NCBI GenBank assembly: GCA_964342815.1
Contig: CAYFHS010000007.1
Span: 32,001-96,000 of the forward strand
Reading direction: 5' to 3'
DNA: 64,000 nt
From: an uncultured archaeon
GTDB lineage: Archaea > Thermoplasmatota > Penumbrarchaeia > JASLWR01
Every line of letters starts with the position of its first letter. Positions within the stretch are counted from its first letter, which is position 1. The notes beneath the pieces are model-generated. The model ran no database searches and had not been told where the DNA came from. It saw only the letters and a program-made list of their open reading frames with translations. Both the position numbers and the translations under genes were made by a program. Shown here one piece after another: positions 18,378 through 28,050 of this stretch.

Positions 18378-20366
18378 ATGAAAATTTATATGGAAATTGA
18401 AATACTAAACCAGGAAGGATTCGCTTCAGTCAAACAGGTTCGATCAAGATCAAATGGCGATAATGATTCTTTCATGACTCCAGCACCAGTATTCGTTCCA
18501 TTCCTTCATCATGGAGGTGTGATGAATGGGGCTGTTTCGGACAACAAAAAAGCTCATGTTGAGAAGATCCCTTCTTTCTTCCCGATAATCAACATAACGG
18601 GTCTAGGAAATAATCAACACGTAGAAGAAAATTTTAAATTATATCTCTCTGTGAATGACAAAGAGCTGGGAGGACCCAATGGCTCCGGAAAAACCCTGTT
18701 CTGCCGTCCCAAGGGACTTCTTTACCCTTCTGATCTAGTTGATAATGAATCCGGGGAAGATATTGCATTTTTTCAAATGCACTCTCCCGATATTACTAAT
18801 GCCGGACCTGGCGTGGTAGCGCCAACTCATCTAGTGCACCAATATGAGAACCCCCGCCGAATAATTAAACTTATCCATGGCTTGAGAAACCAATTCACAG
18901 AGGAAAATCTTTTCTACGCTCCGGGGGTAGCAGATCCTTACCGGCTGCCTTATCTCGCTTATCTCGGATTCGATCTATTCGATACGGTCAAGGCAGCCCG
19001 GGATTCCACTTCATTGATTTTCTGGGACACGATGGCTTCTCACCCGCTTTCCAGTATAACGTATCAGGTTCTTGATGCCTGTAACTGCAACGGCTGCGAA
19101 AAACTGAAAGAAGTCCTCGGTGACGCAGGTTCATTCAAGGAAATTACAAAGCGCGGTGTTGGAATAAAGATAGCTGAATTGACAAGTTTTCTCTATATCC
19201 ACAACTGTAAGAAACTCACTGACGCAGTCCGGGAAACCGGCGAATTAATAAAAACCGGAAATTTATATGCCTACGCACACTCCCATTCTTTAAAAAATCC
19301 CTCTGCCGCTGCGATTCTGAGGCTTTTTCACCGGGAAATGGCTTCCGAGCTTGTGAAGATATCGCCTCGGGAATCGCGTCATACGCTTATAATCGGTCAA
19401 CGCGAAATGATCCATCTACCGGATATCATCAGTTACGTAAATCGCTTGAAAGAAACCTATATTCCACCAAAACGAGATATTCTCCTGCTACTGCCCTGCT
19501 CATATAAAAAACCCTATTCCCGTTCCAAGACTCACCGAATTATCAAAAAGGCAATTTGGGAACACCCACTGAGATGGAACCTTCATTCCGTGGTAATAAC
19601 CTCGCCTCTGGGTATCGTACCCATGGAACTCGAGAACAGCTATCCCGCAAGGAACTACGATATACCTGTGACTGGTGACTGGGATTCGGATGAGAGACAG
19701 AGAGTGGATGAACTTCTTGGATGCTTGATTGAGCGAGGGTCCTATGAATTCACCATTGGATACCTTGGCAAAGAGAACTTTATTATAAGAGATCTGATCG
19801 AAAAAAACTTCGCCCACAGGTATTTCATAGATGAGGAACCGACTACACCCGTAGCGCTCGATGGCTTGAGTGATCTCCTGAACTCAATAATGGAGCAAGG
19901 CAATCTTGTCCCGAACACCAAGAAGAGAACTGGATCGGGAATCCCATATAAAACGAGAGACGCGTGGGGAGTTTTAACATTCCAGTTCCGTACCGAAATC
20001 GCGGAAAGACTGATGAAGGCCTCCAGTTTGAAGGGTAGATGGCCGATTTATTCATTGGTTGACCGAGAAACGAAAGTGCAGATCGCAAAATACATTCCTG
20101 AGCGGGGTATGTTCTCGCTGGGAAAAGGTGCAGCTCAGAGATTAAATGGAATCGAATGTAACAGGGTCTTTATCGAGGATTTCCATCCCAAAGGGACAAT
20201 ATTCTGTGTGGGGATCACGAGAGCCGATCTCAATATACGCCCCAAAGATGAGGTATTGGTATATTACGGGGAAGAGCTTCGAGCAATAGGGAGAGCGCTT
20301 GTAAATGGCCAAGCTATGAGTCAGAGAACGCGCGGAGCTGGTGTGAAGGTTAGACACAGATTCTAA
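18378..20366 (+). CDS. arcS: Archaeosine synthase subunit ArcS (TGT-like domain + DUF5591 + PUA)
   Basis: LLLPCSYKKPYSRSKTH, VITSPLGIVPMELE, YDIPVTGDW, C-terminal PUA (IRPKDEVLV...AIGRA). Confidence 0.85.
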   Translation: MKIYMEIEILNQEGFASVKQVRSRSNGDNDSFMTPAPVFVPFLHHGGVMNGAVSDNKKAHVEKIPSFFPIINITGLGNNQHVEENFKLYLSVNDKELGGPNGSGKTLFCRPKGLLYPSDLVDNESGEDIAFFQMHSPDITNAGPGVVAPTHLVHQYENPRRIIKLIHGLRNQFTEENLFYAPGVADPYRLPYLAYLGFDLFDTVKAARDSTSLIFWDTMASHPLSSITYQVLDACNCNGCEKLKEVLGDAGSFKEITKRGVGIKIAELTSFLYIHNCKKLTDAVRETGELIKTGNLYAYAHSHSLKNPSAAAILRLFHREMASELVKISPRESRHTLIIGQREMIHLPDIISYVNRLKETYIPPKRDILLLLPCSYKKPYSRSKTHRIIKKAIWEHPLRWNLHSVVITSPLGIVPMELENSYPARNYDIPVTGDWDSDERQRVDELLGCLIERGSYEFTIGYLGKENFIIRDLIEKNFAHRYFIDEEPTTPVALDGLSDLLNSIMEQGNLVPNTKKRTGSGIPYKTRDAWGVLTFQFRTEIAERLMKASSLKGRWPIYSLVDRETKVQIAKYIPERGMFSLGKGAAQRLNGIECNRVFIEDFHPKGTIFCVGITRADLNIRPKDEVLVYYGEELRAIGRALVNGQAMSQRTRGAGVKVRHRF

Positions 20367-20378
20367 GGAAGGGACTAT

Positions 20379-21098
20379 ATGCATTCAGAGGTCATGGATC
20401 TAAAATGGGATTGTGAAGGAATTCTAAGGTCCAGACCCAACAGGTTTCTCGGTATTGCGGACATTATTGAACCCACGGACATGAAAGGTGAGATGGTTCA
20501 CGTTCACGATCCCGGACGATTGAAGGAACTTCTTTATCCCGGCAACAGAATTTTGTTGAAGAGAGCCGCCGGAAAGAAAAGGAAGACTAAATGGGATGTC
20601 ATTGCCGCACGATTCGGAAACGAATGGGTACTAATACATTCAGGATATCATCGGGCCATATCTGAATGGATTCTGAGAAGTGAATTCAATCCTATAGGCC
20701 GAATGGTGGACATCAGGCCAGAGGTAACCGTGGGCCACAGCCGGTTGGATTTTGTGTGTAAGGACGAGGACGATACGGTTATTGGAGTGGAAGTGAAAGG
20801 CTGTACTCTTATGCTGGACGGGACAGCTCTGTTTCCAGACGCACCCACGGAAAGGGGCAGCAGGCATCTCGAGACGCTGATAGAGATGAAAGCATCTGGA
20901 AAAAGGGCTGCCCTGTTCGTTCTCATATTCAGGTACGAGTCCAGATGTTTTTCGCCAAATAAACTGACCGATCCCAGATTTTCCGAGACGTTCAAAAGAG
21001 CAGTTGAAGCGGGGGTCGAGATACATCCTCTGGTGTTTCGGTATGACGGTACGAAAATATTTTATTTGGGCCGAATAAATGTTTGTGAAAAATTTTAA
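20379..21098 (+). CDS. sfsA: SfsA DNA/RNA nuclease
   Basis: RPNRF, HVHDPGRLKELL, SRLDF, VEVKGCTL, FPDAPTERGSRHL. Confidence 0.93.
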   Translation: MHSEVMDLKWDCEGILRSRPNRFLGIADIIEPTDMKGEMVHVHDPGRLKELLYPGNRILLKRAAGKKRKTKWDVIAARFGNEWVLIHSGYHRAISEWILRSEFNPIGRMVDIRPEVTVGHSRLDFVCKDEDDTVIGVEVKGCTLMLDGTALFPDAPTERGSRHLETLIEMKASGKRAALFVLIFRYESRCFSPNKLTDPRFSETFKRAVEAGVEIHPLVFRYDGTKIFYLGRINVCEKF

Positions 21099-21248
21099 CC
21101 GCTGGGTCTAGCTGACTCCTATTCTTATGGCTTGTAAAATGAAAATCATTATCCCTTTTCTATAAATACGGACAAAGCATTATATACACTACCCATTAGT
21201 AATTTTTTTCAATATTGCCAGTGATCCAACCCCCGCGGCGGGTGCGTT

Positions 21249-24200
21249 ATGGTGGACCTTATGGAAGAGAACGAACGTGTAATGGAGAATAAACCTGAAG
21301 GGGACAACATGTCTAAAGGGGACAATATGTCTGCAAGGGAAAATATGTCTGAAGGGGACAATATGTCTGCAGGGGAAAAAAAGTCAGAGGTGCAGAGCGA
21401 GCCGATGAAGGGCTTCACTCCGCAGGTTGAAATGGAATTGAAGCCTCTCGTAGACAAGGAGAACGATTTCATAGTCCTTGGCAGGACAAAGGGCGAACAT
21501 GACGAATTCGGAATAAAGGGTCTCATGGACATAGGCATCGTGGGTGAGAGCCAGACCACAGGAGTGAACCATCTATCTGACAGGATAATGATGGACAGTC
21601 AATTTCCACATATCATGTTCATCTGCGGCAAGAGAGGGTCGGGGAAATCCTACACTCTAGGGATCGTAGCCGAAGAATTGGCGAAAAGTACCGAGGGTAT
21701 TGGAACCATTCTAATAGATCCCATAGGAATCTTCTGGTCATTGAAGCGGGAGAACGTCTTGGAAAAGGAATTAAAATTGCTGAAATCCTTCGGGCTGAAT
21801 TCCCAGGAATTCGAAAACGTAAAGGTAATTACGCCACTTGGGTACGAGGAAGGAATGGAAGCGATTTTGGACGGATCCTTTTCTATAAGCGTCACCGAGA
21901 TGACCGCAGCTGACTGGTGTACAGTGTTCGATGTGGGCAGATTCAAAGCACAGGGTCTTTTGATCGGCGATGCCATCAACAAGGTCCGGGAAGGCTACAT
22001 TGCCATTTATGGTAACCGAAATATAGAGATGCCGGGAAAATCCGAGCAGTATTCCATAGGTGACATCATACAGTGCATCGAACACGATGAGGACCTGCAG
22101 TCCAAGAAGAAGGGATATGCTACCTCAACGAGACGCTCCATCGCGGCAAGATTCCAGGCAGTGGGGAATTGGGGACTTTTTTCCAGGGAGGGAACACCCA
22201 TACAGACCATCTCTTCACGCAATAATGTTACGGTCATCGATGTATCACATCCAAAATTGGACAATGACAAACGCGCTTTAATTGTTGGGATCATAGCAAG
22301 AAAGATACTTGAAGGCCGAATTCAAGCTTCAAAGAGAGAGGAAGCCAGATCATTGGGAATGCCCGTCTCCATGGAAGGAAGCCTGCCGGTCACGTGGCTC
22401 CTCATCGATGAAGCCCATCTCATTCTGCCCAGGGGGGGAAAAACTGCCGCAACCGATGCTTTGGTTAATTATGCAAAGCTTGGACGAAGACCGGGATGCG
22501 CATTAGTTCTTGCAACCCAGAGACCTGCAGCCACGGATGATAACGTACTATCCCAGGTGGACATGATGATCAGTCACAACCTGGCGCTGGAAGAGGATAT
22601 GGCCTCTCTCAGGAAGAGACTGCCGGCGAAGGTTCCCCCGTCTCTTGTCACGTCCGACTTCATCAGAGCAATACCGGTAGGTACTGGAATACTGGCTGAC
22701 CAGAAGACACAGAACCGTACGATGGTAGTGAAATTCCGTCCCCGGCAGTCCCACCACTCGGGAAAAGCAGCGGTACCCACCGTCTTTGTCAAGGATGAGG
22801 AAAAAACGGGGGAAATCCACACTCCGATTCCAACTGTTCCGAAACATGAGCGTGAGGGCGACGAAGGATCGATATTGAGACCGTCCCTGAACGTGGATCA
22901 ACTGCTTATAAGGATTGATAGTACATCGATAGAAAGAGACAAAAAAAAGGTACCCGTATTTGTCTTTCAGGGCGAGGACCTACTTCACAGGGATAAGGAG
23001 GAGAGGGAGAAGGCCGAGAAAGAAAAGGCTGAGAGTGAAAAGGCTGAGAGAGAGAAAGCTGAGAAAGAGAAGGCTGAGAAAGAGAAGGCTGAGAGAGAGA
23101 AGGCTGAGAGAGAAAAAGCTGAGAGAGAGAAGGCCGAGAAAGAGAAGGCTGAGAGAGAAAAAGCTGAGAGAGAGAAGGCCGAGAAAGAAAAGGCTGAGAG
23201 AGAGAAAGCTGAGAGAGAGAAGGCTGAGAGAGAGAAGGCTGAGAGAGAAAAGGCTGAGAAAGAAAAGGCTGAGAGAGAGAAGGCTGAGAGAGAGAAGGCT
23301 GAGAGAGAGAAGGCCGAGAAAGAAAAGGCTGAGAGAGAAAAGGCTGAGAGAGAAAAGGCTGAGAGAGAAAAGGCTGAGAAAGAGAAGGCTGAGAGAGAAA
23401 AGGCTGAGAGAGAAAAGGCTGAGAAAGAGAAGGCTGAGAGAGAGAAGGCTGAGAGAGAGAGGAAGAAAGTGGAAGAAAAGAAAGAATTATCTGGCCTGAT
23501 AAAGGAAATACTCGATCTCGGTCATCACTATCTTTTCAAGAACGAAGACCGGACCCTGGCTCAGCAGTTCGCAAGTGAGATAATTGATATGTCGAAAACT
23601 GCCTTCATGGTCATCTCGAGATCACCCTCGGCTAAGGCAAAGAACATATTTAAGGATCGGCAGAGCAAATCATACTGGCTATCTAAATCCGAAACGAGAG
23701 AGAGCTTGAGCCCACATAACATGGAAAAGATATCCTTCACAATTAGCCAATTTCAGGAACAGAATCCGGGTGCAATAATATATTTTGATGGTCTGGAGTA
23801 CCTTATCTCCAACAATGATCTACCGAAGGTTATTAGGTTTATAGAAACCGTGCATGAGAACTGCCAGTTGATGAAAGGAGCGGTCATATATCCCTTTACG
23901 CCCGAGGTCATTAGCAAACGTGACATGTCACGGGTTCAGACGGAGATGGATGTGTTATTCGAAAAAGAAGACCTATTACCATTCTCTTTGGGCCAGTCAG
24001 AAACCGAAGAAGGACCGGAAGCGGATAAGGAAGCGGATAAAGAAGATGGAAAGGAAAAGGATTCGGAGGCGGAAAGGGAAGAAGAAGCAGTTTCAACAGA
24101 TGAGATCATAAGTTGGGATGAGGAAGAGGGTGTGGAAAAAGAACCGGTGGAGGACTTGATGAAGACTCCGGATCAGGTCGAGGCAAGTTCAGAAGCAGTG

Positions 24201-25502
24201 TCTGATGAGGATGGTGGAAAAATCTCCGAAGAACCCATGGCCGCTGATGAGATGCCGCAGACAGGCGGCCTAGATATCGATTATTTCGCGCATCTAATCG
24301 AGATCACAAAACGGAAGAAGAAACATGAGAAAGATGTATCTGAAAAAGCGGGTCCTGCGCGGGTTCGCATTCCACGGAAGGAGGAACAAGAACAGAAAAT
24401 CTGCCCGGAAATTGGATTGAATAAAAGTTATCTTGAACGTACACGGACCAGTGAGCACGTTCGCGATGATGATTTTAAAACAGTAAAGGTCAAAAGAGTC
24501 GAACCGGTGAGAGTGATCGATGCCGAATTCACTGAGATAACCGACTTTACCGGTACTCCAACGGAGCTGGAGCCGGAAACAATAATATCTGAAACGACCG
24601 ACGGGGAAATTACACCCCTTGTCCCTTCCAGCAAAACCCATGAGATACAAAAAAGGCTGGATCAGGAAACCCCGGATTTGGATAAACCCACCATGACCGA
24701 GCCAGAATGCGATTACGTCACCCAGGGGAAAGGGCATTTCTACATTGCTCCGATCCTCTCGGAGATGGATGCTGAAAACTGTGCACGTCGATTCCTTGAG
24801 GGTAAAGGTATTCTGAAACAGAAAAAGATAGAAATGATCTCAGAGGTCAATATCACCTTCATCACTCTTATCCGCCTGTACTTCAGCAAGCTCGCGGGAT
24901 TCATAAAAAAGAAGAAAAAGGTATTTACTCTTTTTTTCGATCCGGTATCAGGAGAGCTGGTGAGGAAATATAAAAAGGGACTTGTAAGATCCATCAACAT
25001 GCCGGTCCTGTTCGAATACTCGAAAACCCAGGTTGACCTTCTGCTGGCACTGCGTTCCGGTACATTGACCGATATCGAGCTTGGTATAAAGACAAAATTA
25101 CGTTCCCAGGATCTCAAAAGAGCTCTTAATGCGCTTGAGAAAAAAGGTATGGCGGAAAAACAAGTAACGGGGGATGGTTCATACGCTTATCGTAGAAAGA
25201 TGGAGTTCAAATTGCCGGGGAACCTGACCCGTGCAACCCCTGACATGCCGCATATCAGGGAAGGAAACTTATCCGTCGGGGCGGTACTGCCGAGGTTCAA
25301 GGTTAAAGACGTGGAAAATTTGATACGGATAATTGACGACGGGATGAAACTTGAAGATCATGACAACGTCTACTATCCATATTATATAGTTGATATCGAG
25401 GGAAAAAGAGGCCCCCGAAAGATATTCATAGATGGTATGAACGGTGGGGAGGAAGAGATATTGGGCATGATAAAAGACCTCGAGATAAAGATTCCCAAAT
25501 AG
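21249..25502 (+). CDS. HerA/FtsK-like (DUF87) ATPase + charged single-helix repeat + DUF835 + acidic linker + winged helix
   Basis: GKRGSGKS Walker A, LLIDEAH Walker B, LATQRP; DUF835-like YWLSK...IYFDGLEYLISNN; C-terminal helical/HTH region. Confidence 0.8.
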   Translation: MVDLMEENERVMENKPEGDNMSKGDNMSARENMSEGDNMSAGEKKSEVQSEPMKGFTPQVEMELKPLVDKENDFIVLGRTKGEHDEFGIKGLMDIGIVGESQTTGVNHLSDRIMMDSQFPHIMFICGKRGSGKSYTLGIVAEELAKSTEGIGTILIDPIGIFWSLKRENVLEKELKLLKSFGLNSQEFENVKVITPLGYEEGMEAILDGSFSISVTEMTAADWCTVFDVGRFKAQGLLIGDAINKVREGYIAIYGNRNIEMPGKSEQYSIGDIIQCIEHDEDLQSKKKGYATSTRRSIAARFQAVGNWGLFSREGTPIQTISSRNNVTVIDVSHPKLDNDKRALIVGIIARKILEGRIQASKREEARSLGMPVSMEGSLPVTWLLIDEAHLILPRGGKTAATDALVNYAKLGRRPGCALVLATQRPAATDDNVLSQVDMMISHNLALEEDMASLRKRLPAKVPPSLVTSDFIRAIPVGTGILADQKTQNRTMVVKFRPRQSHHSGKAAVPTVFVKDEEKTGEIHTPIPTVPKHEREGDEGSILRPSLNVDQLLIRIDSTSIERDKKKVPVFVFQGEDLLHRDKEEREKAEKEKAESEKAEREKAEKEKAEKEKAEREKAEREKAEREKAEKEKAEREKAEREKAEKEKAEREKAEREKAEREKAEREKAEKEKAEREKAEREKAEREKAEKEKAEREKAEREKAEREKAEKEKAEREKAEREKAEKEKAEREKAERERKKVEEKKELSGLIKEILDLGHHYLFKNEDRTLAQQFASEIIDMSKTAFMVISRSPSAKAKNIFKDRQSKSYWLSKSETRESLSPHNMEKISFTISQFQEQNPGAIIYFDGLEYLISNNDLPKVIRFIETVHENCQLMKGAVIYPFTPEVISKRDMSRVQTEMDVLFEKEDLLPFSLGQSETEEGPEADKEADKEDGKEKDSEAEREEEAVSTDEIISWDEEEGVEKEPVEDLMKTPDQVEASSEAVSDEDGGKISEEPMAADEMPQTGGLDIDYFAHLIEITKRKKKHEKDVSEKAGPARVRIPRKEEQEQKICPEIGLNKSYLERTRTSEHVRDDDFKTVKVKRVEPVRVIDAEFTEITDFTGTPTELEPETIISETTDGEITPLVPSSKTHEIQKRLDQETPDLDKPTMTEPECDYVTQGKGHFYIAPILSEMDAENCARRFLEGKGILKQKKIEMISEVNITFITLIRLYFSKLAGFIKKKKKVFTLFFDPVSGELVRKYKKGLVRSINMPVLFEYSKTQVDLLLALRSGTLTDIELGIKTKLRSQDLKRALNALEKKGMAEKQVTGDGSYAYRRKMEFKLPGNLTRATPDMPHIREGNLSVGAVLPRFKVKDVENLIRIIDDGMKLEDHDNVYYPYYIVDIEGKRGPRKIFIDGMNGGEEEILGMIKDLEIKIPK
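21297..21386 (+). repeat. Five 18-bp tandem units in the ATPase N-terminus
   Basis: EGDNMS/KGDNMS/ARENMS/EGDNMS/AGEKKS. Confidence 0.8.
23007..23456 (+). repeat. 30 x 15-bp coding tandem repeat, EKAE(R/K)
   Basis: GA(G/A)AA(G/A)GC(T/C)GAGA(G/A)A units counted from 23007 to 23456 (450 bp); strongly purine-rich + strand. Confidence 0.95.
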
Positions 25503-25604
25503 ATTGCGGAGCTGAAGACTGTTTATTTGTGCATGGAGTGGAATTGTATTGTACCTAAATCATATCAAAGAACATAGCTTTGCTTTGAGATCAGGAAGAT
25601 TCAT

Positions 25605-25985
25605 ATGAAAAGGGATAAAAACGAAGATCTGCTGTTTCCCGTAGATTTTATCGCTCCCGGCGAGGAGTGCATACCGGGCGAAGGAACCTATGAAGAGGAC
25701 GGAAATATTTTCTCCTCCGTTATGGGTGAGCTGAGACTGAACTGAAACGAGATGACGGCCGAGGTGATGCCACGAGATCGGTTTCCCGCAAAGCTCAAGG
25801 ACAGAGATGTAGTAATTGGAAGGGTAAGTAAGATACAGAAGGGATGCGTTGTCGTGGATATTTACTGCACGAAAACAAATAACCGGAACGTCACCGGTGA
25901 AACAAAGGCAAGACTGAATTGTACGAATTGTGATATCATTCTCCGGAGGAAGATCGCCGGGGATTATGGGGAATGGTCAATTTGA
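25605..25985 (+). pseudogene. csl4: Decayed exosome subunit Csl4
   Basis: PGEGTYEEDGNIFSSVMGEL, in-frame TGA at 25743-25745, DVVIGRV, C-terminal CTNC...RRKIAGDYG; middle of the S1 domain and first Zn-ribbon CxxC are missing. Confidence 0.75.
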
Positions 25986-26004
25986 TCAATACTAGTTCCG
26001 GGAG

Positions 26005-26697
26005 TTGCTCATGACAGGCAGATATATAATTGAAACGGAAGATCTGACCAAGATTTATCGAATAGGGCCGAACCGGGTTCACGCGATCAAAGATCTAACC
26101 CTTCGTATTTCACGAGGAACTTTCCTCGCAATAGAAGGCAGTTCGGGTTCTGGAAAATCGACTCTCCTTAATATGATGGGTTGTATCGACCGGCCAACGT
26201 CTGGAAAAGTTATTTTCGACGGCGAGGACGTTTCAAAGAAAAGCGATTCAATGCTCACCCGCCTTCGTCTGATGAATATTGGCTTCGTTTTCCAGCAGTT
26301 CTATCTGATACCCACACTGAAAGCGGTGGAGAATATTACTCTTCCTATAAAGGAGGCCGGTATGGGTAGATCCAGCAGACGGGAGCGTGCTTTTTATCTC
26401 TTGGAGATGATGGGACTTCGCGATAGAGCCACCCACTATCCTAATCAATTGTCCGGGGGAGAGCAGCAGAGGGTGGCCATTGCCAGAGCGCTGGCAAACG
26501 ACCCCAAAGTGATCCTTGCCGATGAGCCAACCGGTGAATTGGACTCCGGCACCGGTGGTAAGATCGCAGAACTTCTGGCAATGCTCAACAGGGAAAAAGG
26601 GATAACCGTTGTAGTGGTCACTCATGACAGTGCAATGGCTTCAAGGGCGTCGAAGAGAATCTCTCTTAAGGACGGCCGAATGGTGAATACCCGATAA
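26005..26697 (+). CDS. ABC transporter ATP-binding protein (LolD/MacB-like), no permease nearby
   Basis: GSSGSGKST, GFVFQQFYL, LSGGEQQRVAIARAL, LADEPTG, VVVTHD. Confidence 0.92.
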   Translation: MLMTGRYIIETEDLTKIYRIGPNRVHAIKDLTLRISRGTFLAIEGSSGSGKSTLLNMMGCIDRPTSGKVIFDGEDVSKKSDSMLTRLRLMNIGFVFQQFYLIPTLKAVENITLPIKEAGMGRSSRRERAFYLLEMMGLRDRATHYPNQLSGGEQQRVAIARALANDPKVILADEPTGELDSGTGGKIAELLAMLNREKGITVVVVTHDSAMASRASKRISLKDGRMVNTR

Positions 26698-26713
26698 TGA
26701 TACCATAAAGAGG

Positions 26714-27418
26714 GTGATAATGGTGGTGAATAGCAATATTTCGGTGGTGGTGACAGATGTTGATGCTACCATAACCGACAATTTTCGAAGGATTCATCTG
26801 GAATCCATCCGAATGATCCGTGTATTGAAAGAGATGGGGATCCCAACCATACTTGCTTCCGGGAACGCCTATCCCGTTATTTTATATCTTGCGAAATTCA
26901 TTGGAACCGGCAGTCCGGTGGTGGCGGAGAACGGTGGAGTTGTGGCCTGGGAAGAACGACGGATAAAAAAAATTCTCGGCTGCAGGGAAAAACCTCTCAG
27001 CTTCGTGAAAGACCTTAAGAAAGAATATCAAATCACTCATCTTGAAAGTGACGCGTGGAGGGAAAGCGAGGTAGTTATTACCAGGGATATGGACTACGAA
27101 AACCTACGTTCCAGGGCAGCTGTCAGGGGTTTTAAGGTGGAGGATACGAAATTCGCCTATCACATTTCCCAGCCGGATGTTAGGAAAGCAGCGGGGGTGC
27201 AGATCGCTCTGGATCTAATGGGCCTCGTTGCGTCCGATGCCCTTGCCATCGGCGACTCGCAGAATGATATTGAAATGTGCGGGATCTGCGGGCAGGGAGC
27301 CGCCGTAGGCAATGCGACCCATGAAATGAAGGCTGCAGCCGACTACGTGGCCACCAGCAGTTTCGGAGCTGGTTTCGTTGAAATCATCAAGAAATTCTTC
27401 CCGCAGCTAACAGAATGA
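26714..27418 (+). CDS. HAD phosphatase, archaeal phosphoglycolate phosphatase type
   Basis: DVDATITD, LASGN, AENGG, AIGDSQND. Confidence 0.85.
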   Translation: MIMVVNSNISVVVTDVDATITDNFRRIHLESIRMIRVLKEMGIPTILASGNAYPVILYLAKFIGTGSPVVAENGGVVAWEERRIKKILGCREKPLSFVKDLKKEYQITHLESDAWRESEVVITRDMDYENLRSRAAVRGFKVEDTKFAYHISQPDVRKAAGVQIALDLMGLVASDALAIGDSQNDIEMCGICGQGAAVGNATHEMKAAADYVATSSFGAGFVEIIKKFFPQLTE

Positions 27419-27507
27419 GAAATGGGAAATATTTGGATAATCTCCGTTTTTCGACCAAAATTATATTAAAACAGCTCAGTATTTCGCCTTTCCGTGCATT
27501 TATCCGT

Positions 27508-27606
27508 GCCGGGGTGGCTCAGCCTGGCGGAGCGTCGGACTCATAGGGAACTACAAACAGCTCCTGGGCTATCCGAAGGTCGCGGGTTCAAACCCCGCCC
27601 CCGGCA
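27508..27606 (+). tRNA. Elongator tRNA-Met(CAT) with a 25-nt intron (27546-27570) at position 37/38
   Basis: Acceptor GCCGGGG/CCCCGGC; canonical bulge-helix-bulge (CTCA pairs with intron TGGG; bulges TA|G and CT|A); T arm GCGGG-TTCAAAC-CCCGC; CCA not encoded. Confidence 0.95.
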
Positions 27607-27689
27607 CTTGTCCACTTTTGGTAGGTTGATAATCTAATTCTGATAATTTTCTTTTGATAAAAACGCACAGGTAAAAGAAGTGGTACTAT

Positions 27690-28043
27690 ATGGAATATAA
27701 ATTGGTAGTGGCGGTGAGAAGTGATCTTGGTCTCTCGAAGGGAAAAACGGCGGTGCAGGCTGCCCATGCTGCCGTCTCCTGCGCGTTGGCTGCACAAAAA
27801 CAATACCCGAAGGTTATGGAAAGATGGTTTCAGGAAGGTCAGAAAAAGGTGGTGGTCCGTGTTCCGGGTGTAAAAGAGATATTCGAACTGAAGAAAATGG
27901 CCGAGAAGATGGATCTGGTCACCTATGTTGTGACGGATGCCGGACTCACCGAGGTGAAGCCGGGCACAGTAACTTGTATCGGAATTGGTCCCGACAAGGA
28001 AAGCCTTCTGGATCCACTCACTGGTGGATTGAAATTGATCTAG
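27690..28043 (+). CDS. pth2: Peptidyl-tRNA hydrolase Pth2
   Basis: KLVVAVRSDLGLSKGKTAVQAAHA, GQKKVV, DAGLTE, CIGIGP. Confidence 0.96.
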   Translation: MEYKLVVAVRSDLGLSKGKTAVQAAHAAVSCALAAQKQYPKVMERWFQEGQKKVVVRVPGVKEIFELKKMAEKMDLVTYVVTDAGLTEVKPGTVTCIGIGPDKESLLDPLTGGLKLI

Positions 28044-28050
28044 TACAATC

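Noticed and set aside
19299-19319. 12-nt match (GCTGCGATTCTG) to the mini-element inside arcS
   Set aside because: Short, in coding sequence, lacks the other hairpin arm; consistent with chance.
23007-23456. Possible CRISPR array
   Set aside because: Contiguous 15-bp in-frame units with no unique spacers; no cas genes in the window.
22960-23499. 179-aa Arg/Leu-rich ORF (RRLRE repeats)
   Set aside because: Alternative-frame shadow of the EKAER repeat; no independent RBS or evidence.
25743-25745. Selenocysteine or readthrough at the csl4 TGA
   Set aside because: The position is not a conserved Cys, no SECIS-like element was seen, and the gene also has a large deletion; decay is simpler.
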